Shown here: positions 7,780 to 13,905 of the stretch, one piece after another | Numbering within the stretch: position 1 is the first letter of the stretch | How the letters are laid out: each line of letters begins with the position of its first letter | Assembly: GCF_000017305.1 (NCBI RefSeq) | Contig: NC_009664.2 | Coordinates: 900,001-932,000, forward strand | From: Kineococcus radiotolerans SRS30216 = ATCC BAA-149 | GTDB taxonomy: Bacteria; Actinomycetota; Actinomycetes; Actinomycetales; Kineococcaceae | Direction of reading: 5' to 3' | DNA length: 32,000 nt | Made by a program: the position numbers and the translations under genes | Notes under the pieces: model-generated | The model's input: the letters and a program-made list of their open reading frames with translations, nothing else | Database searches by the model: none | What the model was told of the DNA's origin: nothing

Positions 7780-8939
7780 CCGATCCCACCCCGACCGAGG
7801 CCTCGGCCACCCCGACCACCCCGACCACCGCCCCGGAGGCGCCGCAGCTGCTGGGCGTGACCGTCGGCGTCACCAGCGACCGCCGCTCCGGCGACATGGT
7901 CGCCACCTTCGAGCGCAAGGGCGCCCGCGTCGTGCACGCCCCGACGATGCGGATCGTCCCCCTCACCGAGGACGACCAGCTGCTGGCCGAGACCCGCGAC
8001 GTCATCGCCGACCCGCCCGACGACGTCCTCATCACCACCGGCATCGGGTTGCGGGGCTGGGTGGAGGCCGCCGACGCGGCCGGGCTGGCCGCGCCGCTGC
8101 TGGAGACGTTCGGGCGGGCGCGGTTGTTCGCGCGGGGCCCGAAGGCGACGGGGGTCATCCGGGCCAACGGGCTGCGGGAAGAGTGGTCGGCGGCCTCGGA
8201 GCAGACCGCGGAGGCCGTGCAGCGCCTGGTCACCGAGGGCGTCGCCGGCCGCTCCATCGTCGTGCAGCTGCACGGCGCGGCCGACCAGGACCAGCTGGAA
8301 CCCCTGCGGGCGGCGGGGGCGCGGGTGCGCGGGGTCTCGGTCTACCGCTGGCTGCCCCCGGCCGACCCGGTCGCGGTGGAACGCCTCGTGGACCTCGTCG
8401 CGACCCGGCGGCTGGACGCGGTGACGTTCACCAGCGCCCCGGGCGCACTCGCCCTGCTGGAGGTCGCCCGGCGCCAGGGCCGCCTGGACGAGGTCGTCGC
8501 GGCCTGCGGGAACGGGGTCGTGGCCTGCGCCGTGGGCGACGTGACCGCCGAACCCCTGCGCGCGGTGGGTGTCGAACCGCTGATCCCGGACCGGTGGCGC
8601 CTCGGCGCGCTGCTGCGCACCCTCACGACGCACCTGGCCGAGAACCCCCTGGCCTGCGTGGCGACGACCGCGGGGGTGCTGCGGCTGCGGGCCCAGGCCG
8701 CGGTCCTGGACGGGCAGGTGCTCGACCTGGCCCCGGGCCCGCTGGCCGTGCTGCGCCGCCTGGCCGAGGCCGGCGGCGCGGTGCTGAGCCGGGAGGACCT
8801 GCTGGCCGCGCTGCCGGGCGCCGCCGACGAGCACGCCGTGGAGGTGACGGTGGGCCGGTTGCGCTCGGCGCTGCCCAGCGCGGGACTGGTCCGCACCGTC
8901 GTCAAGCGCGGCTACCGGCTGGACGTGGTGCCCCGGTGA
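7776..8939 (+). CDS. nnaR: NnaR-type regulator: uroporphyrinogen-III synthase (HemD)-like domain fused to a C-terminal OmpR/PhoB-type winged-helix DNA-binding domain
   Basis: The GTG overlaps the cysG stop (GTGA at 7776-7779). The HemD-like region runs LLGVTVGVTSDRR...ITTGIGLRGW...VTFTSAPGA. The C-terminal wHTH is LAPGPLAVLRRLAEAGGAVLSREDLLAALPG..EHAVEVTVGRLRSAL...VRTVVKRGYRLDV. The same architecture occurs in S. coelicolor NnaR and M. tuberculosis Rv0260c. An alternative in-frame GTG at 7857 would drop a Thr/Pro-rich leader. Confidence 0.85.
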   Translation: MTDPTPTEASATPTTPTTAPEAPQLLGVTVGVTSDRRSGDMVATFERKGARVVHAPTMRIVPLTEDDQLLAETRDVIADPPDDVLITTGIGLRGWVEAADAAGLAAPLLETFGRARLFARGPKATGVIRANGLREEWSAASEQTAEAVQRLVTEGVAGRSIVVQLHGAADQDQLEPLRAAGARVRGVSVYRWLPPADPVAVERLVDLVATRRLDAVTFTSAPGALALLEVARRQGRLDEVVAACGNGVVACAVGDVTAEPLRAVGVEPLIPDRWRLGALLRTLTTHLAENPLACVATTAGVLRLRAQAAVLDGQVLDLAPGPLAVLRRLAEAGGAVLSREDLLAALPGAADEHAVEVTVGRLRSALPSAGLVRTVVKRGYRLDVVPR

Positions 8940-9763
8940 GCACCGCGCAGCAGACCCTGGAGGAGAACGTGACGGACACCCTGGAGGAGACCGTGGGCAC
9001 CACCGTCGAGGACGCCCCGCAGGACGCGCGGCGCGGGACGGTCGGGGACCCGGTGCTGGTGGCCTGCTCGCACGGCACCCGCTCCGCACCGGGTCGCGCC
9101 GTGGTCGAGGCGCTGCGGGCGGCGGTCCGCGCGGCCCGGCCGGGGTTGCGGGTGGTGGCCGCGCACGTGGACGTGCAGGAACCGGAACTGGGCGCGGTGG
9201 TGGAGGAGCTGGTGGCCGGCGGGGAGCGCTGCGTCGTGGTCCCCCTGCTGCTCTCCAGCGGGTACCACGTGCGGGTCGACATCGCGCAGGCGTTGCGGGA
9301 CACCGGGGGACGTGCCGTCGCCGCCCCCGCCCTGGGCCCGGACGAGGTCATCACCGCCGCGCTCGTGGACCGGCTGGAGGAGGCGCTGGGCACCCCCGTC
9401 GAGGAGTTCCCCGGCGCGGTCGTCCTCGCCGCGGCGGGGTCCTCCGACGCCCGCGCCGCCGCCGACGTGCAGGCCGCCGTCGCCTCGCTCTCGGCCCGCA
9501 CCGGGCGGGCGGTGACGTCGGGTTTCCTCTCGGCCCAGGAACCCACCGTCGCCGACGCGGTGGCCGCCGCCCGCGCCGCGGGAGCGGCGGAGGTCGCCGT
9601 CGCCGGGTACCTGCTGGCGCCGGGGGTGTTCTCCGCCCGGCTGGCCGCGGCGGGAGCCGACGTGGTCGCCGAACCGCTGGGCGTGCACCCGGCCCTGGTG
9701 GACCTGGTGCTCGCCCGCTACGACGAGGCGGTGGCCGGGGCCACGACGTTGACCGGTTCCTGA
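8936..9763 (+). CDS. sirB: Sirohydrochlorin ferrochelatase (CbiX/SirB family, two-repeat long form)
   Basis: The GTG overlaps the nnaR stop (GTGA at 8936-8939). It has two CbiX-like halves: VLVACSHGTRS...VVVPLLLSSGYHV and VVLAAAGSSD...VAVAGYLLAPGVF. It is the counterpart of Rv0259c next to Rv0260c in M. tuberculosis. Confidence 0.85.
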   Translation: MSTAQQTLEENVTDTLEETVGTTVEDAPQDARRGTVGDPVLVACSHGTRSAPGRAVVEALRAAVRAARPGLRVVAAHVDVQEPELGAVVEELVAGGERCVVVPLLLSSGYHVRVDIAQALRDTGGRAVAAPALGPDEVITAALVDRLEEALGTPVEEFPGAVVLAAAGSSDARAAADVQAAVASLSARTGRAVTSGFLSAQEPTVADAVAAARAAGAAEVAVAGYLLAPGVFSARLAAAGADVVAEPLGVHPALVDLVLARYDEAVAGATTLTGS

Positions 9764-10647
9764 CCGGCCACCAACCGGGCGACCTGCTCGCGCAGCAGCC
9801 GCAGCATCCGCGGCCGGAACGCCGTGGAGTTCCCCCCGACGTGGGGGGTGACGACGACCCCCGGCAGCGACCACAGCTCGTGGTCGGCGGGCAGCGGCTC
9901 GGGGTCGGTGACGTCCAGCGCGGCCCGCAGCCGCCCGGTGCGCAGTTCCGCGACGAGGGCCGCGGTGTCGACGACCGGCCCGCGGGCGACGTTCACGAGC
10001 AGGGCCCCGTCCGGCATCGCGGCCAGGAAACCCGCCCCGGCCAGACCGCGGGTGGCGGCGGTGAGGGGGCAGGCCAGGACGACGACGTCGTGCTCGGGCA
10101 GCAGCCCGGGCAGCTCGCTGCTCGCGCGCACCGCGACCCCGTCCTGCACCCGGGCCCGGGTGCCGACCGCGGTCACCGCGCACTCGAAGGGGGCCAGGCG
10201 GTCGGCCACGGCCCGCCCCACCCCGCCCCAGCCCACGACCAGCACCCGCCGGTCGGCCAGCGACGTGCGCCGCGACGGCTTCCACTCCCCGGTCGCCATC
10301 GCGCGGACGTCGTCGTCCAGACCGCGCAGGGCGAGGATCGCCAGGCCGACGGCGAGCTCGGCCGTCGAGGTCTCGTGGACCCCGGCGGCGTTGCAGAGCA
10401 GCACCCCCGCGGGCAGCTGCTCGGGGACGCCGTCGTAGCCGATGGTCAGCAGCTGCACCGCGCGGGTCGCCGCGGGCAGCGCGGAGAGGTCCGGGGTCGC
10501 GACGTAGTCGGGGACGACGAGGTCGGGCGCGGGGTGCGGGGCGGGCCCGCGCCCGTCCCACACGACGACGTCGGCGCCCTCGACGGGACCGAGGGCCCGG
10601 ACCCAGGACGCGGTGGGCAGGCTGACGACGATCCGACCGGCGCTCAC
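9718..10647 (-). CDS. D-isomer-specific 2-hydroxyacid dehydrogenase family protein (NAD-binding)
   Basis: 309 aa. It has a GxGxxG motif (VLVVGWGGVGRAVADRL) and catalytic-region motifs LLVNVARGPVVD, DVTDPEPLP and VTPHVGGNS. GTG start. Its 3' end overlaps the sirB 3' end by 46 nt (convergent). Confidence 0.9.
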   Translation of the reverse strand: MSAGRIVVSLPTASWVRALGPVEGADVVVWDGRGPAPHPAPDLVVPDYVATPDLSALPAATRAVQLLTIGYDGVPEQLPAGVLLCNAAGVHETSTAELAVGLAILALRGLDDDVRAMATGEWKPSRRTSLADRRVLVVGWGGVGRAVADRLAPFECAVTAVGTRARVQDGVAVRASSELPGLLPEHDVVVLACPLTAATRGLAGAGFLAAMPDGALLVNVARGPVVDTAALVAELRTGRLRAALDVTDPEPLPADHELWSLPGVVVTPHVGGNSTAFRPRMLRLLREQVARLVAGQEPVNVVAPATASS

Positions 10648-10653
10648 CCGCGC

Positions 10654-10659
10654 ACGCTA
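10654..10659 (-). promoter_or_regulatory. -10 hexamer TAGCGT (minus strand) 6 nt upstream of the 2-hydroxyacid dehydrogenase GTG; leaderless-type promoter
   Basis: The minus strand reads TAGCGT-gcgcgg-GTG. There is no room for a Shine-Dalgarno. Confidence 0.4.
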
Positions 10660-10714
10660 CCCAGCCGGGCGCGGTGGTCGTGCGGGCGGGCGCCGCGGGG
10701 GTGACGATGGGTCG

Positions 10715-11914
10715 GTGCGCAGCCGACGTCAGGCCCTCCTCCCCGCCGCGCTCGCCGCCGCGCTGCTGACCGGCTGCGCCGGCGGGGACGACGCCGGCGC
10801 CCCGCCGTCCTCGGCGCCCGCCCCGTCCCCCGCCGCCTCGTCCCCGGCCCCCGCGGACCCGGCCCCCGCGGACCCGGCCCCCGCCCCGAGCACGACGTCG
10901 CCGGTGGACGCGCTCGCCGCGGCGACCGGCCTGCCGGGCGAACCCACCGACGTCGTGACCGGGCTGGACGTGCCCTGGGGGCTGGCCGTGCTGCCGGACG
11001 GGACGGCCCTGGTGACGTTGCGGGACGAGGCCCGCGTCGTGCGGGTGGGCCCGGGGGTGCTGACTGCGGTCGGCACCGAGGAACCCGACGGGAAGGTCCC
11101 CGGCGTGGTCCCCGGCGGCGAGGGCGGCCTGCTCGGGATCGCCCTCTCCCCCGGGTTCGCCACCGACGGGTTCGTCTACCTGTACCAGACCACGCGCGGG
11201 GACAACCGCGTCGTGCGCTACTCCCTGGCGGCGGACCGGCTGACGGGGGCGACCCCGGTGCTGACCGGGATCCCGAAGAACTCCACCCACAACGGGGGCC
11301 GCATCGCCTTCGGGCCCGACGGGATGCTCTACGTGGGCACCGGCGACGCGCAGGACCGCGCGGCGGCGCAGGACGTGAACTCCCTGGGCGGCAAGATCCT
11401 GCGGGTCGCCCCCGACGGTTCGGTCCCCGCGGGGAACCCGTTCCCCGGTTCGCGCACCTGGTCCTACGGGCACCGCAACCCGCAGGGCTTCGGCTGGGAC
11501 GCCGGCGGTCGGCTCATCGCCGCGGAGTTCGGGCAGGACACCTGGGACGAGCTCAACGTCGTCCGCGCCGGGGGGAACCACGGGTGGCCCGAGGTCGAGG
11601 GACCCGGCGACGGCGGCGGGCGGTTCGTCGCCCCCGTGCAGACCTGGACCACGGACCAGGCCTCGCCCAGCGGGATCGTCGTGACACCGGACGCCGTGTA
11701 CGTCGCGGCCCTGCGGGGGCAGAAGCTGTGGCGGGTCCCGCTGAACCCCGACGGTTCGACGGGGTCGCCGGACGCCTACCTCGACGGGACCCTGGGCCGG
11801 TTGCGGACCGTCGAGGTCGGCCCGGACGGGTCGTTGTGGGTCCTCACCTCCAACACCTTCCGCGGCCAGCCCCGCGCGGGGGACGACCGCCTGGTCCGGG
11901 TCCCGCTGCTCTGA
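10715..11914 (+). CDS. PQQ-dependent sugar (glucose/sorbosone) dehydrogenase family lipoprotein
   Basis: The track ORF starts at 10613, but the GTG at 10715 gives VRSRRQALLPAALAAALLTGCAG, a signal peptide plus LTGC lipobox. Beta-propeller motifs are GLDVPWGLAVLPDG, HNGGRIAFGPDGMLYVGTGD, GGKILRV.PDGS.P.GNPF, SYGHRNPQGFGWD and GGNHGWPEVEG. Confidence 0.88.
   Translation: MRSRRQALLPAALAAALLTGCAGGDDAGAPPSSAPAPSPAASSPAPADPAPADPAPAPSTTSPVDALAAATGLPGEPTDVVTGLDVPWGLAVLPDGTALVTLRDEARVVRVGPGVLTAVGTEEPDGKVPGVVPGGEGGLLGIALSPGFATDGFVYLYQTTRGDNRVVRYSLAADRLTGATPVLTGIPKNSTHNGGRIAFGPDGMLYVGTGDAQDRAAAQDVNSLGGKILRVAPDGSVPAGNPFPGSRTWSYGHRNPQGFGWDAGGRLIAAEFGQDTWDELNVVRAGGNHGWPEVEGPGDGGGRFVAPVQTWTTDQASPSGIVVTPDAVYVAALRGQKLWRVPLNPDGSTGSPDAYLDGTLGRLRTVEVGPDGSLWVLTSNTFRGQPRAGDDRLVRVPLL
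10846..10875 (+). repeat. Perfect 15-nt tandem duplication (ggcccccgcggaccc x2, plus a partial third copy) encoding (PAPAD)n in the lipoprotein linker
   Basis: Read directly. It lies in the Pro/Ala-rich low-complexity tether after the lipobox. Confidence 0.9.
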
Positions 11915-11921
11915 GCCCGCC

Positions 11922-11935
11922 GGGCCGCGCGGCCC
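11922..11935. terminator. Perfect 14-nt palindrome GGGCCGCGCGGCCC filling the 21-nt gap between convergent genes; possible bidirectional terminator
   Basis: Self-complementary as read. The stem is effectively 5 bp with a 4-nt loop and there is no U-tract, so the call is weak. Confidence 0.3.
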
Positions 11936-12478
11936 TCACCGCCCGGCCCGCGCGCGCCGGGGCCCGCGGCGGGGGACCCACAACGGCACCGAGCGCCGGT
12001 AGGCGGTGTACTCCGCGCCGAAGCGCGCGGCGAGGAAGCGCTCCTCCGAGGGGCGGATGCCCACGTGCCACAGCAGCGCGCCCGCCGGGGGGACCAGGAG
12101 GTAGAGGGGGGACCCCAGCACGAGCGCGACGCCGAGGGCCTGACCGACCCCGCTGACCGCCATCGGGTTGCGCACCCACCGGTAGGGGCCGTGCACGACG
12201 AGGCGGGCGGCGGCGTCGAACGGCACCGGGGTCCCCCCGCCGCGCGCCATCGCGAACGCGCACCGGACCCCGAGCGCGCTGGCGGCGGCGAGCAGGACCG
12301 GGCCCGTGACCGCGCCGCCCGGGACGACGAGGCGGTCCACCCCCGCCAGCCGCTCGGCCCCGCGCAGCACCGCGGGCAGCGCCACCAGGGCCAGGAACCA
12401 CACCAGGAGCATCCAGCCCAGCGTCTTCGCGAGGTGGCGGCGGTGCGACGCGGGGCGCGCGACGCGGTAGAGCCTCAC
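11936..12478 (-). CDS. Isoprenylcysteine carboxyl methyltransferase (ICMT/PEMT) family membrane methyltransferase
   Basis: The GTG at 12478 overlaps the stop of the upstream membrane-protein gene (GTGA). 180 aa with motifs VVHGPYRWVRNPMAVSGVG and SEERFLAARFGAEYTAYRRSVPLWVP, typical of the family. The track ORF 11936..12793 is over-extended. Confidence 0.8.
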   Translation of the reverse strand: MRLYRVARPASHRRHLAKTLGWMLLVWFLALVALPAVLRGAERLAGVDRLVVPGGAVTGPVLLAAASALGVRCAFAMARGGGTPVPFDAAARLVVHGPYRWVRNPMAVSGVGQALGVALVLGSPLYLLVPPAGALLWHVGIRPSEERFLAARFGAEYTAYRRSVPLWVPRRGPRRARAGR

Positions 12479-12888
12479 CGGGCCGCCCGGGAGACCGCGC
12501 GCAGGCAGAGCGCGCTGCCCGCGGTGGCGAGGACCATGGCCACCGCCCCCACCACGCCCTCGCCGCGGGCGGCGACGTGCCCGAGGGTCATGGCGGTGCT
12601 GTACCCGACCGCGCCGGTCGTGACCGCGACCGCGGCGAGCGCGGCGGGGCGGCCCCGGGCGACCAGGCGGGCGGCGAGCAGCGACGCCAGCCCGAACCCC
12701 ACGTCCGGCAGCAGGAACGAGCGCAGCACCGACGGGTCCCCGAGCTCGAACGGCCCCCGGGCGGGCGGCCACGCCAGCAGGAGCGCCCACCACGCGGCGA
12801 CCGCGACCCCCTGCGCGGCGAGGTACCCCGCGGCGAGGCGGGTCGTCGCCGCCCCCCGCGGGGTGGTGTCCCGGGCCGGTCCGATCAC
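12475..12888 (-). CDS. Hypothetical integral membrane protein (about 4 TM helices), translationally coupled to the ICMT-family gene
   Basis: 137 aa, GTG start. Hydrophobic segments are LAAQGVAVAAWWALLLAW, VGFGLASLLAARLV, LAAVAVTTGAVGYSTAM and VVGAVAMVLATAGSAL. I recognise no family. Confidence 0.6.
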   Translation of the reverse strand: MIGPARDTTPRGAATTRLAAGYLAAQGVAVAAWWALLLAWPPARGPFELGDPSVLRSFLLPDVGFGLASLLAARLVARGRPAALAAVAVTTGAVGYSTAMTLGHVAARGEGVVGAVAMVLATAGSALCLRAVSRAAR

Positions 12889-12894
12889 CGGCCC

Positions 12895-12900
12895 AGTCTG
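12895..12900 (-). promoter_or_regulatory. -10-like CAGACT (minus strand) 6 nt upstream of the membrane-protein GTG
   Basis: The minus strand reads CAGACT-gggccg-GTG. It shares the AGACT core with the gatC and iscS hexamers, but the first base is C rather than T. Confidence 0.3.
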
Positions 12901-12951
12901 CCGCCGGGCCCCCGGTCCCGCGGCGGTCCCGGGGAACCCGCGGGGCGCGGC

Positions 12952-12987
12952 CCCGCCGCGGGCCGCCCGGGGCGGTGCCGCGGCGGG
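12952..12987 (-). terminator. Hairpin CCCGCCGCGG-n16-CCGCGGCGGG 13 nt downstream of the secreted-protein gene stop
   Basis: 10-bp perfect inverted repeat read directly, with further pairing possible inside the loop. There is no U-tract, which is usual for high-GC actinobacteria. Confidence 0.35.
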
Positions 12988-13000
12988 TCCGGCCGGAGCC

Positions 13001-13699
13001 TCAGGCGGCGGTGCCGGACGCGCTGCCCGTCGCGGTGCCGGACGCGCTGCCGGACGCGCTGCCGGACGCGCTGCCCGGCGTGCTGCCCGGCGCAGTGCCG
13101 TCGCCGTCCCGCCCGCCCGGGCCGCCCCCGCGACCCCCGGGTCCGCCGGTGGACTCCCGCTGCACCGCGGCGTCGATCCGCTCGGGCAGGTCCGCGGCGC
13201 GCTCGTCGGCCTCGGCCTGCGTGAGCCGGCCGTCGGCGACGGCCTGCCGGAGCCGTTCCTCCCCGGCCGCCACCAGGGCGTCGACGAGCGTCTGCCGGTC
13301 CACGTCGTGGGCGGCGGCCACGCCGGCCAGGGTGGCGCCCTCGGCCTGCAGCGCGGTGCGCAGGTCCGCGGCGCTGAGGCCGATGGTGGCGGCCGCGACG
13401 TCCAGGTCCACGCCCCGCCCGCCTCCGTGCCCGCCGCGCAGGGCGTCGCTGGTGCTGAGGGCGCTCGCGACGGTGTCGGCCTGGTCCTGGGTGAGCGTGC
13501 CGTCGCCCACCAGCCCGGCCAGGGCGTCCCGGAGGGCCTGCAGGCGGCCCCCCGCGCCCGCCTCGCTGCTCGTGGTCGTGCCCGAGCCGTCGGTGGTCGC
13601 GGCCGAGGCCAGCGGAGCGCTCAGCAGCAGCAGACCCAGTCCCCCGGCGGCGGCGGCGCCGACGGTGCCCGCCGCGACCGTCCTCTTGGTGATCTTCAC
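13001..13699 (-). CDS. Secreted repeat protein with LTxxQ-like motifs, Gly/Arg-rich segments and a (GSAS)n tail
   Basis: 232 aa. GTG start with a GAGGGGACGAGGA Shine-Dalgarno region. Signal peptide is MKITKRTVAAGTVGAAAAGGLGLLLLSAPLASA. It carries an internal duplication, DGTLTQDQADTVA versus DGRLTQAEADERA. The C-terminus is GSTPGSASGSASGSASGTATGSASGTAA. Confidence 0.8.
   Translation of the reverse strand: MKITKRTVAAGTVGAAAAGGLGLLLLSAPLASAATTDGSGTTTSSEAGAGGRLQALRDALAGLVGDGTLTQDQADTVASALSTSDALRGGHGGGRGVDLDVAAATIGLSAADLRTALQAEGATLAGVAAAHDVDRQTLVDALVAAGEERLRQAVADGRLTQAEADERAADLPERIDAAVQRESTGGPGGRGGGPGGRDGDGTAPGSTPGSASGSASGSASGTATGSASGTAA
13004..13099 (-). repeat. Eight 12-nt tandem units (core ggacgcgctgcc; three perfect consecutive copies at 13040-13075) encoding the Gly/Ser/Ala/Thr tail
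   Basis: Read directly from the sequence. The units are in frame, at 4 codons per unit. Confidence 0.9.
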
Positions 13700-13853
13700 G
13701 GTGTCCTCGTCCCCTCGCGACCGGGTCGTTCCCGGTACCCCTCCTGTGTCGCGGGAGAACCTGTGCCGCGCGTGTGCCGACGCTGTCGGGGGCCTGACGA
13801 TCCAGGGCCCACCCGCCGGCGGGGGTGCGGACGGGGAGGACGCGGACGAGCGC

Positions 13854-13878
13854 GGCGACGCGCGGGAGGCGCGTCGCC
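13854..13878 (-). terminator. Perfect 10-bp stem / 5-nt loop hairpin (GGCGACGCGC-gggag-GCGCGTCGCC) 28 nt downstream of the gatB stop
   Basis: Inverted repeat read directly. It sits at the end of the gatCAB operon and before the next gene's promoter region. Confidence 0.55.
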
Positions 13879-13905
13879 GGGCTCGTCGTCACCGCCCCCG
13901 CGGGG

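Noticed and set aside
8912-11581. 889-aa minus-strand ORF spanning sirB, the 2-hydroxyacid dehydrogenase gene and the PQQ dehydrogenase gene
   Set aside because: It crosses three independently recognisable genes on both strands and is Arg/Gly/Pro-dominated. This is a frame artefact.
13700-13760. ECF-sigma-like GGGAAC motif and CCGGG-aacga-CCCGG hairpin upstream of the secreted repeat protein gene
   Set aside because: No matching -10 (CGTT-like) occurs at the correct 16-17-nt spacing. The motif lies within about 35 nt of the start codon, overlapping the Shine-Dalgarno region. This is insufficient evidence.
13812-13823. Perfect 12-nt palindrome CCCGCCGGCGGG, and several other GC-only palindromes in intergenic DNA (for example 12901-12926)
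   Set aside because: Short G/C-only palindromes are expected frequently by chance at this base composition. There is no positional logic relative to genes, unlike the 13854-13878 hairpin.
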